Translations under genes and position numbers: made by a program
Shown here: piece after piece, positions 29,764 to 38,454 of the stretch
Layout of the letters: the number at the start of each line of letters is the position of its first letter
How positions within the stretch are numbered: position 1 is the stretch's first letter
Notes under the pieces: generated by a model
Database searches by the model: none
What the model saw: only the letters and a program-made list of their open reading frames with translations
Told to the model about the DNA's origin: nothing
From: Vampirovibrio sp.
Lineage (GTDB): Bacteria; Cyanobacteriota; Vampirovibrionia; Vampirovibrionales; JAJTHC01
Direction of reading: 5' to 3'
Length of the DNA: 64,000 bases
Assembly: GCA_024998755.1 (NCBI GenBank)
Contig: JACEUU010000002.1
Coordinates: 76,783 to 140,782 of the forward strand

Positions 29764-30957
29764 CTAAGTAGCGTCCTGATTCACAACTATTTGTACAGAC
29801 ATTCCTGGAAACAACCGAATTACATTGATATCCGCTGCTGGGGAAACTTCAATTCTGATTCTAAAAGTAGCTTCTGTACCAGTGGAAGCATCTGCTGTAG
29901 CACCAGAACCAGAAGGAACAAACTCACTTTTAGGACTAATAAACGCTACTTCTCCGGAAAATTTAGCATTAGGATAAGCCTTACTTTTAATGTTTACTTT
30001 TTGCAGACGATGTAGAAATTGGAGCTTGGATTCTGGCACGAATAAATCCACCCATAAATGGTTACTATCTAAAATATTGACGGCTGGCACATCTGGTGGC
30101 ACAACCTGCCCTAACGAAACAGTCAACAAATTAACCGTACCTTTAATGGGGGAAAGTACAGTAGACTCTTCCATTTTAACTTTTAACCCTTGCACAATAC
30201 TGGCAGCACGTTGGATTTCAGCATCGGCAATTTTTAATTCAGCAGGATTAACTTTTTCCTTCAGCTTGCTTAGCTGGGCTGTTGCCCCTGACCGTTCCGC
30301 CTTGGCGATACCAATTTCTTCCATTCTAGCCCCTTTTCGCACGAGTGAAACTCTCGCTTTGGCTGCTAATAACGCACTTTGGGCCGATTCTAAATTGTTT
30401 TGAATTTCGTCTACTTTTTGTTGGGAAATAATACCACTAGCCAGTACTTGTTTCGCTTGTTCTAATTGATTTTTACAGACCCTTACTTTGGCTTCTACTT
30501 CACGCACCTTGGCTTGAGCTTCCGCTAATTCTTCAGGGCGTCCGCCATTGACTAACAAGGCAATACGTTCGTTCGATTGCTGTACTTTGGCTTGTGCCTG
30601 TTGAATGTCATTGGGGGAAATGGCGGTCAGCAACAATTCTTTTTTAGCTTTTACTTGGGCTAAACTCGCTTCGGCTTCCATCAGCTTAGCTAAAATTTCC
30701 TTATTTTCAAACCGAAGTAATGGTGTACCGGCCTGCACTTCCATGCCCTCTTTTACAAGAACGGCGGAAACACGCCCCCCTAATCGAGAACCATTTTTAA
30801 CTTCTTCCGCTTGTAAAACACCATTAAATAATAGTGGGCTATTAAACCACCCAGACCACCATGGTTTCGCCAATAAAACAGCCCCTAATAATAAGGCTAA
30901 TAACAATAATAGCTTTAACTGGTTGGTTGTAACCCATTTAATGAATTTAATCGTCAT
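29764..30957 (-). CDS. HlyD-family membrane-fusion (secretion/efflux) protein.
   Basis: N-terminal transmembrane anchor, a long coiled-coil and a beta-barrel C-terminus typical of HlyD/EmrA. Confidence 0.7.
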   Translation of the reverse strand: MTIKFIKWVTTNQLKLLLLLALLLGAVLLAKPWWSGWFNSPLLFNGVLQAEEVKNGSRLGGRVSAVLVKEGMEVQAGTPLLRFENKEILAKLMEAEASLAQVKAKKELLLTAISPNDIQQAQAKVQQSNERIALLVNGGRPEELAEAQAKVREVEAKVRVCKNQLEQAKQVLASGIISQQKVDEIQNNLESAQSALLAAKARVSLVRKGARMEEIGIAKAERSGATAQLSKLKEKVNPAELKIADAEIQRAASIVQGLKVKMEESTVLSPIKGTVNLLTVSLGQVVPPDVPAVNILDSNHLWVDLFVPESKLQFLHRLQKVNIKSKAYPNAKFSGEVAFISPKSEFVPSGSGATADASTGTEATFRIRIEVSPAADINVIRLFPGMSVQIVVNQDAT

Positions 30958-30991
30958 AAAATAACAGTGTTTCTAGCAAAAGTAGCAATGG

Positions 30992-33355
30992 TTAAGAACC
31001 TTGATATAACTTAGAATAAACCCAAATGCCTTCAAAAACGTGTTCAACATAATGGCGTGTTTGGTCATAAGGAATGGTTTCAACAAACAAATCCGGTGAT
31101 TGTGCGAACACTTCCTGCCGAACATTAACCCATTCCGCAACGGCACCTGGGCCAGCATTATACGCCGCCACAACCAATAACGGATGCTGTTGAAGCTGAT
31201 TATTTAAATACTGCAAATAAGCCGAACCCAAGGTAATATTCGTCTTCGGATCCATTAATTGAAGCGATGAAACGGGTGGTTGCTTTAAACTTCTAGCCAT
31301 ATCATTAGCAGTAGAGGGCAATAACTGCATCAAACCAACCGCCTTGGCAGGGCTCACTACCATGGGGTTAAAGGAACTTTCCTGACGCATAAGTGCCATG
31401 GTCAAATAGGGGCTAATTTTTTCACGTTCAGCTTGGACTTGAACAATCGCAGGGTAATGTAGCGGAAATAACAATTGATACAACGTTTTAGGGGCATGAT
31501 ACCGAGATTCAACCGTATGCGGTACATCTAAGCTCGACAAATAATCCCGAATAACCCGTAAGCTGGCATCATACTGGTCTTGTTCCACCTTAGACCAAGC
31601 GGAAAGCACCACTTGTTCCACCGAATTTTCAGGGAGGGTTTGGCTAATTAACAAATCTACATCATCAAAGGCTTGTATCTCATTCAGCTCGCGAACTTGA
31701 GAAGATAACTGCTTGGGTACTCGGGAAGATTTCGCTAAATAATCTTCCAGCCAAGCATCTGGATTCGACGGATTTTTTTCCAGTAGTGGTAATCCTCCCG
31801 CCATGTTGCCTAAACCAAAGCCACTGGCTTCTTTAATGTTATTAAGGTAGGCATTTGCCCTAAACGCATAATAGGTGTAAGGGTATTTTGATTGAATGAC
31901 TTCAAACGCATCAGTAGCATCTAGGTTTTGCCCCATTAATTGATGAGAAACGGCCTTCCAAAACAGCACGGCAGGGGCTTCAATACTAGCGGGATACTGT
32001 GCCAAAAACGCATCTGCTTGGCTAATAACTTTACCAAACGATTTGGTAATAAATTGGTGGCGAATGACTTCAGAACTAGCAAACGGTGCAACTCTATCTT
32101 TAGGAAACTGGGTGGCAATTTTTTCATAAGCAGGAAGAGCCAATTTGTCATCTGCTTGGCTTATAAACCATGCCAAACCCAATTTGTTTTGTTGACTGGT
32201 ATTGCCTAATGCCACTAATTGAGGAATTGCTTTTGCTTTCCCTATTTTGGCTACATATTGTTCTAGTACGGGTTGTAAAGCTTTCACAGGAAAGTCTACC
32301 GTATTCAACCAACTGGTTAAATTCACCTTAAACGAATCCATTTTACCTTGATGTAGCAACAATTCCAAGTAAACTAGCCCTGCAGAATTAGCACGGAAGC
32401 CTTTTTTCAAAATAGTATCAACCATTGCCCAATCATTAGCTTTAGCAAAAACATTGGCAACTAAAGCCCGTTGCTCAAAATTCAGGATATCATTTACTTT
32501 AGCTAATTGCTTGGCAATTTCTAAGCTGTAAGTACCGTCAGGCGATTGCTTTAAGTAAGTAATCCAAGCTTGTTGGGTTTCTTTTCCCAAACTATTGCCT
32601 TGCGAAGAAAGCGACAGTTGCTGATAAATTTGACCTAAAAAGTAGTTCGCCCCAATAGCGTAATTAGATTGTGGGAACGTTTTCTGCAATTGCAATAGCG
32701 TTTCTAACGATTTTTCCCACTGTTTTGCCCGTACTTGGGATAATCCTAATTCATACATGGCAACAGCAGCCAACGCATTACCTTCAGTGCCTCTATCAAT
32801 GACTTTTTTTAGGCGGATTTGCGTTAAATCTTCCCGAGGCACTTGGCTATAAAGATCTGCTAAATGAAGTGAAATGCTAGATTCTAAACCAGGGTAATAA
32901 GGCTCTACTTTTAAAAACAAGTCAATAGCCCGTTTGGTTTGCCCCGCTTTTTTGGCAACTAAGGCTTGTTTAAACAAGCTTTGCACTTGCGAACGAGAAT
33001 ACCCATCTGCCCCAGCATTAGGCTGAAAAATAGTAACCGCTCCTCTACCAAACAGCCCAGCCAAAGGTCCATTACCGGAAACACCCACATTCCAAAGCCA
33101 ATAAACACCCGCTAAAATAATAGCTCCAGCTACAACAAATGGGAATAATGAAAAACTAGGTGGACGCTGACCACCTCTTCTTCCCATGTGCTGACGATTT
33201 GAATTCACAAATGGAGATTTAGGGGATTGCTTAAAAGGGTTTGACATAAATAAGCCTTGTAAAAAACCAAAAGTAGAAGCGGTTCTAGCTGATGTAACCA
33301 ATGAGCGACGCCCTGTATTATGGGGTGGTGATTGCAATCTGGTCATCATCATCAT
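30992..33355 (-). CDS. slt: Soluble lytic murein transglycosylase (Slt-like).
   Basis: C-terminal SLT domain (LMRQESSFNPMVVSPAKAVGLMQLLPSTA) preceded by a long superhelical region. It starts ATGATGATGATG. Confidence 0.7.
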   Translation of the reverse strand: MMMMTRLQSPPHNTGRRSLVTSARTASTFGFLQGLFMSNPFKQSPKSPFVNSNRQHMGRRGGQRPPSFSLFPFVVAGAIILAGVYWLWNVGVSGNGPLAGLFGRGAVTIFQPNAGADGYSRSQVQSLFKQALVAKKAGQTKRAIDLFLKVEPYYPGLESSISLHLADLYSQVPREDLTQIRLKKVIDRGTEGNALAAVAMYELGLSQVRAKQWEKSLETLLQLQKTFPQSNYAIGANYFLGQIYQQLSLSSQGNSLGKETQQAWITYLKQSPDGTYSLEIAKQLAKVNDILNFEQRALVANVFAKANDWAMVDTILKKGFRANSAGLVYLELLLHQGKMDSFKVNLTSWLNTVDFPVKALQPVLEQYVAKIGKAKAIPQLVALGNTSQQNKLGLAWFISQADDKLALPAYEKIATQFPKDRVAPFASSEVIRHQFITKSFGKVISQADAFLAQYPASIEAPAVLFWKAVSHQLMGQNLDATDAFEVIQSKYPYTYYAFRANAYLNNIKEASGFGLGNMAGGLPLLEKNPSNPDAWLEDYLAKSSRVPKQLSSQVRELNEIQAFDDVDLLISQTLPENSVEQVVLSAWSKVEQDQYDASLRVIRDYLSSLDVPHTVESRYHAPKTLYQLLFPLHYPAIVQVQAEREKISPYLTMALMRQESSFNPMVVSPAKAVGLMQLLPSTANDMARSLKQPPVSSLQLMDPKTNITLGSAYLQYLNNQLQQHPLLVVAAYNAGPGAVAEWVNVRQEVFAQSPDLFVETIPYDQTRHYVEHVFEGIWVYSKLYQGS

Positions 33356-33445
33356 CTAGATAAATCCTTCTGGGTAACGGTAATAAATGGGTACAAGCTA
33401 ATAAACTAAATTATCACGAACAAGGTAAAACCACAGTCAGTATAA

Positions 33446-34651
33446 TTAATGCCCTAGCAACGATTCTTTTAATTTAGCGAAAAAACCACTTGGGTGCGGT
33501 GCTTCTTCGCCCGCTTTGGTAGGTTCAGCCTTTGGTTTTTTTGCCATACGTTCTTGTTCTAATTGACGTAATTGTTGCAACAAGTCTCGTTCAGCAGAAG
33601 ATAATTTTTGAGGAATTTGAACTTCCAACTGTAAGCGAAATTCACCCCGACGTTGGGGCTGATTAATTTGGGGAATACCTTCGCCTTTCAGCGTAATAAC
33701 TGTGCCATTAGCTGAACCTGCTGGAATTTTAACGGATTGCACGCCTTTCAGTAAGGGAATTTCAACCGTATCACCCAACGCTAACTGGCTAAAGCTAACC
33801 GGAATTTTCGATAATACATCGTACCCATCTCTCACAAAATGAGCATCTGCGGCAACATTAAGCACCACATACAAATCGCCATTAGGGCCGCTCTTCCAGC
33901 CCGCATCGCCTTCATTTGAAACGCGCAACCGTGTGCCAGAATCTACTCCAGCAGGAATGGTTAATTCCAATGGTTTGGTTTGTTCTTTGCGTCCTTCGCC
34001 TTGGCAATCAGGGCAAGGGTGGGGCATTACCTGCCCAGACCCATTACAATGAGGGCAAGTAACTACTTGGGTAAATTGCCCAAACATGGTTTGTGCCGTT
34101 TGTCGAATTTGTCCGTGCCCGTTACAGTGGGTACAGGTTTCAGGACTCGTGCCTGGGGCTGCACCGCTACCATGGCAAGTGGTACAGGTATCTAACCGAC
34201 GCACTTCAATCGTTTTTTCACACCCAAAGGCAGCTTCCATAAAGGTTAGCTTCAAGGAAACACGCAAATCGCTACCACGGGCAGGGCTATTAGCAGACCC
34301 CCGACCACCACCGCCGGAAAACCCGCCATTGAAGAAGGCTGAAAAAATATCTGACAAATCAGTAAAATCATCCATAAAGCCCCATGAAGATGCCCCACCA
34401 CCCATACCAGATGAGCCTTTTAAACCTTCATGCCCGTAGGCATCGTAAGTACGGCGTTTTGTCTCATCGCTTAAAACGGCGTAAGCTTCGCCTAATTCTT
34501 TAAATTGAGATTCCGCTGTGGGGCTTTTATTGGTATCTGGGTGCAATTCTTTCGCCTTTTGACGAAAAGCTTTTTTAATAGCAGCAGCGTCGGCGGATTT
34601 TGCCACGCCTAATACGTCATAATAATCTCTTTGTTGTTGTTGCTGGCTCAT
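33446..34651 (-). CDS. dnaJ: Chaperone DnaJ.
   Basis: J-domain with HPD, a G/F region and four CxxCxGxG zinc-finger repeats. Confidence 0.85.
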   Translation of the reverse strand: MSQQQQQRDYYDVLGVAKSADAAAIKKAFRQKAKELHPDTNKSPTAESQFKELGEAYAVLSDETKRRTYDAYGHEGLKGSSGMGGGASSWGFMDDFTDLSDIFSAFFNGGFSGGGGRGSANSPARGSDLRVSLKLTFMEAAFGCEKTIEVRRLDTCTTCHGSGAAPGTSPETCTHCNGHGQIRQTAQTMFGQFTQVVTCPHCNGSGQVMPHPCPDCQGEGRKEQTKPLELTIPAGVDSGTRLRVSNEGDAGWKSGPNGDLYVVLNVAADAHFVRDGYDVLSKIPVSFSQLALGDTVEIPLLKGVQSVKIPAGSANGTVITLKGEGIPQINQPQRRGEFRLQLEVQIPQKLSSAERDLLQQLRQLEQERMAKKPKAEPTKAGEEAPHPSGFFAKLKESLLGH

Positions 34652-34713
34652 AATCTAAAAAAAAGTTCCCTAATGCTTAAAAAATAAAGAATTTAAATGA
34701 ATTGAAATAGCGA

Positions 34714-35271
34714 TTACTCTGGGTTTGTAGCTACAATAACTTGTGCTGCACGAATTACTTTATCATGCAGTTGGTAACCCGCCAGTTGTTCTGCAATCAC
34801 AGAATTTTCAGGGGCAGCAGGCATGGCTAGTTGGCTAACCGCTTCATGAATAGCAGGGTCAAACTGTTGACCGACTGTTTCCATCCGCTTTACACCTAAT
34901 GCTTCAAGTGCTTGTTTCAATTGCTGGTGCATCATTAACAACCCTTGGTACAACACTTTAGATTCTGATGTTTCAGTTAAAGATTGTTTAGCACGGTCTA
35001 AATTATCCAATACCGGTAATAAGTTTGAAGCAAACGGTTCTGCCCCGTACTTGCGATGTTGTTCTAATTCCGCCAACCGACGCTTACGAAAATTGTCAAA
35101 ATCTGCTGCTAACCGCAAGTGCTGATTTTGCAATTCCTGATAAGCTTCTACCTGCACCGCCAATGCTTCTTCAGGAGTTAAGGCTTTTTCTTCTTCCGCT
35201 TCAACAGCAGGGGTTGGTTCAATCAATTGTTCTTCAAGTTGTTCAGATGAGGAGGGGTTTGTGGTGGTCAT
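34714..35271 (-). CDS. grpE: Nucleotide exchange factor GrpE.
   Basis: GrpE signature and size. It lies directly upstream of dnaJ with no dnaK between them. Confidence 0.8.
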   Translation of the reverse strand: MTTTNPSSSEQLEEQLIEPTPAVEAEEEKALTPEEALAVQVEAYQELQNQHLRLAADFDNFRKRRLAELEQHRKYGAEPFASNLLPVLDNLDRAKQSLTETSESKVLYQGLLMMHQQLKQALEALGVKRMETVGQQFDPAIHEAVSQLAMPAAPENSVIAEQLAGYQLHDKVIRAAQVIVATNPE

Positions 35272-35440
35272 GGTAATTTATTGATACTTTCTAATTCATT
35301 CAAAGGGGTAAGGCTTTGCAAAAATACCCATACAAAGTTTAAAACGTTATTATAATACCCAAAAAGCACCCTGTACACAACCATTAGGCAAATAAAAAGG
35401 GGGCTAGTTTATATAACTTTAATAAAAGTACCTGTAACGC

Positions 35441-35989
35441 CTATTCAGCCCTTTTGTCAACCACTTTAGCCGGTACGCCTTGAGCAAAACAATGCGGTGG
35501 AATACTTTTCGTAACAATACTGCCTGATTCTATTACACACCCCTCACCCAAAGTAACACCCCCTAAAATCAACACATTAGAGCCAATATAAACGGCATCT
35601 TCCACCAAAATGGGCGGCATTGAAATATTCGGACGCAGAATTTTAAAATCAGATTGCAACTCATGCGAACTGTTAACAAATTTAGTACCATTACCAATTG
35701 TAACACAGTTACCAATGGTTACTAAATTTGGGGCATCAAAATAAATATTACGCCCTATGGTTACATTATTGCCAATTTTAATAGGGGTTTTGGTGGAATG
35801 AATATAAACCCCAGTACCAACAGAACAACCCGAACCTAAATCAAACCCAGCCCACGCTAGTAGTTTTGCCCTAAGCCTATTCGCACCTACACCAAACCCT
35901 AAACAATCAATCCATCTGAAAACCCAAAAGGCATAAACATCCCTCAATTCTGAGAATAGTTTTTCTTTCAGTTTGTTTAATACAGACAT
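35441..35989 (-). CDS. Hexapeptide-repeat acyl/acetyltransferase (WcaF/LbH family).
   Basis: Left-handed beta-helix hexapeptide repeats. It is paralogous to 36074-36664. Confidence 0.6.
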   Translation of the reverse strand: MSVLNKLKEKLFSELRDVYAFWVFRWIDCLGFGVGANRLRAKLLAWAGFDLGSGCSVGTGVYIHSTKTPIKIGNNVTIGRNIYFDAPNLVTIGNCVTIGNGTKFVNSSHELQSDFKILRPNISMPPILVEDAVYIGSNVLILGGVTLGEGCVIESGSIVTKSIPPHCFAQGVPAKVVDKRAE

Positions 35990-36073
35990 GGCTTAGGCTC
36001 CATTCTCAAAGTAAATAGCTTTTTCAATGATAATAACAAAGAAACAACGATTATGGCGAAAAACTTCCATACG

Positions 36074-36664
36074 CTAATTTGAAGGTGGGGTTAATTGCCT
36101 AACCACCTTGGCAGGGTTACCCACCGCAAAACAATGAGGCGGAATATCCGCATCTACCAAGCTACCCGCCCCAATAACAGACCCTTCGCCAATGGTAACC
36201 CCACTTAAAATAGTTACATCACAAGCAATCCACACAAAAGGTTCTACAACAGTGGGTTTACTGGTAACAACGTCTGTTTCAGCATTTGTATTTCGGGGGC
36301 GTTTCATAAATTTAACACCATGCCCAATGCCAATATAGTCGCCTACAATAACGGGGTTATCTTCATCAAAGCAGACATCAATATTAATAAAAACGTGTTT
36401 ACCAATTTTAACAGGGGCATGCACCGAATAAATATAAGAATACGGACGAATGACTGTTCCCCAACCTATATCAAACCCAGCCAATTTTAACAACATGGCA
36501 CGTAGCCTGCTACCAATGGCACTATAGCCTAGTAAATCTAGCAGTTTAAACACCCAAAAAGCGTAAAATCCACCCCATTCAGCGGTTAGTTTTGAAAAAA
36601 CGGTAATTTTATTCATACCATTCAACCATATAATATCCCGATAAAATAACGACTGCATTATCAT
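36074..36664 (-). CDS. Hexapeptide-repeat acyl/acetyltransferase, a tandem paralog.
   Basis: Same architecture and a conserved YAFWVF motif. Alignment with its paralog suggests the ATG at 36616 as an alternative start. Confidence 0.6.
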   Translation of the reverse strand: MIMQSLFYRDIIWLNGMNKITVFSKLTAEWGGFYAFWVFKLLDLLGYSAIGSRLRAMLLKLAGFDIGWGTVIRPYSYIYSVHAPVKIGKHVFINIDVCFDEDNPVIVGDYIGIGHGVKFMKRPRNTNAETDVVTSKPTVVEPFVWIACDVTILSGVTIGEGSVIGAGSLVDADIPPHCFAVGNPAKVVRQLTPPSN

Positions 36665-36751
36665 AACACAAATGAAGCTTGTTCAAGGTTTTATAAAGAC
36701 AAGTACAATTTAGAAGCTTCCTAGCATTGGAAGAAAAGGTGTGTTCACTTC

Positions 36752-37519
36752 ATGCTAAGTATAGCCAACAACCGCATTAACCCATCGTTGCTACTAGGCG
36801 TTAAGCCTAGAGAAAGTTCGCTTTCTTTTGAAGAGCAAGTGTTGGCTGACGTTGAAACCCCTGTTTTAAAACCCTCTTCACCCGATACCTTTGAACAACT
36901 AACCGATGATGATGAAGATAAACCACCTGTTCCAGACCCTACAACTGATGACGACTATTACTTGTCTGAAGCCGCTGAATACCCTAAGCATAACCTTCCC
37001 CAAAAATCAGACGCTGAAATGAAAGTCCAATTTTTAAAAGATGCTACTGAACTGCATGAAGTAAAAGTTTCAACCGCTTTAATGACTGCCATACCTGTTT
37101 TAGGCCCAATTATTGCCAGTATTAGTACCTTTCTTTCAAACCCAGAAACGCTCGCTGAAAAACGCTTAGACGTAAAGACGGGTGAACGATCAGTGGAAGA
37201 AGGTATCGACCAAGAAGCCAAGGTAAAAAAAGCGAAAACAAAAGCACTGTTAGTAACGTCCGTTCCACAAGTAGCCAGCCTGGGCGTTATCATAGCCCAT
37301 CAACTGGTGGTGGAAAACTTACTAAAAGAAGCAAAAATAAAGCTTTCTGATGCGAAGGCAGTTACAGACTTTTTGGCTAAAGCCATCGATCCAAGGGTAC
37401 AAAGAAGCCATGCCCTGCTAGGGTTGGGTATTGTATTAGGGGCTAGTTCGTTTCTAGCCCCTATAGGGTATTTGTTTTTAGAAAAGCCTGAAGACGCCAA
37501 TTTTAATAAATTGGCTTAA
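36752..37519 (+). CDS. Hypothetical protein with an acidic disordered N-terminus and a conserved C-terminal domain containing two hydrophobic segments (paralog A).
   Basis: Its C-terminal ~140 aa align with those of 37761-38441 (KKAKTKALLVTSVPQV / KTAKIKAALVTAVPQV; LGIVLGASSFLAPIGYLFLEKPEDANFNK / GTIIGTTCGLTTLGYWLGEKPASKDFNK). Confidence 0.5.
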   Translation: MLSIANNRINPSLLLGVKPRESSLSFEEQVLADVETPVLKPSSPDTFEQLTDDDEDKPPVPDPTTDDDYYLSEAAEYPKHNLPQKSDAEMKVQFLKDATELHEVKVSTALMTAIPVLGPIIASISTFLSNPETLAEKRLDVKTGERSVEEGIDQEAKVKKAKTKALLVTSVPQVASLGVIIAHQLVVENLLKEAKIKLSDAKAVTDFLAKAIDPRVQRSHALLGLGIVLGASSFLAPIGYLFLEKPEDANFNKLA

Positions 37520-37584
37520 TCTTTAACACAAAAAAACGAATTGAGGTTTTTATGCTTTCAAGTAATAGTATTATAACCGTGTGT

Positions 37585-37731
37585 AATACCATTTTCAAAT
37601 AGGAATAGCGTTAGATGGATACTAGGCACTGGCAAGTAAAAAACCGCAGGCGTACACAGACGTACGTTGAGGATTTTTTGCTTGACTGTAACAACGTAGA
37701 CGCTGACGATATTTCTATTTGAAAATGGTAT
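37585..37731. repeat. MITE-like element (family 1, copy B) with perfect 17-bp TIRs (ataccattttcaaatag).
   Basis: About 90% identical to 7235-7380. It sits immediately 5' of paralog B. Confidence 0.6.
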
Positions 37732-37760
37732 AAACCGTAATTTAAAAGGATTTAATAAAA

Positions 37761-38441
37761 ATGCCCATCAATCCGTTCATAAATAATTTATCTTCAGCTT
37801 TTTCAGCACACCCACCCACACCAAGGAAAAGTAGTCCTCGGGAAGAACTAGACGACGACTTTGCTACTGCCAATGATGATAACAATGGTGATACGGTAGA
37901 GTTTTCAAATAAATCTGCCAGTAAAATTTCAAAAAAAATAGACAAGCTTCAAGAAGCCCAAGATAACGCTGATGAATTGCAAGAACTAAAAGAACAACAG
38001 CAATTGCTTCAGCAGTTGGATAAAGAAGAAATTCACGCCGCTAAAGTGAAAGCGTCATTTTGGGGGTCTATTCCTTATATCGGTCCGTTTATTGGTATTT
38101 TTAGCAACGTCTTTGTTTCGCCTGAAAGCAATGTGGCTAACAGAACGGATGTTCGGTTAAATGGCAGAGACGAAGACGACGCCTTGAAACAAGAAAAGCG
38201 AATTAAAACGGCTAAAATTAAAGCAGCCTTAGTAACTGCCGTTCCGCAAGTAATTGGGTTTACCTTAACCACTATTGGTGGGTTTATGACTAAACACGCT
38301 GAAGAAAACAAGAAAAGTACCTCGTTAGCAAAGGCTCTGATGTTAGCTGGAACGATTATAGGTACCACCTGTGGTTTAACAACCTTAGGCTATTGGTTAG
38401 GCGAAAAACCAGCGTCTAAAGACTTCAACAAAACTTTGTAG
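37761..38441 (+). CDS. Hypothetical protein, paralog B of 36752-37519.
   Basis: See paralog A; it has the MITE upstream. Confidence 0.5.
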   Translation: MPINPFINNLSSAFSAHPPTPRKSSPREELDDDFATANDDNNGDTVEFSNKSASKISKKIDKLQEAQDNADELQELKEQQQLLQQLDKEEIHAAKVKASFWGSIPYIGPFIGIFSNVFVSPESNVANRTDVRLNGRDEDDALKQEKRIKTAKIKAALVTAVPQVIGFTLTTIGGFMTKHAEENKKSTSLAKALMLAGTIIGTTCGLTTLGYWLGEKPASKDFNKTL

Positions 38442-38454
38442 AAGCGACGACCTT

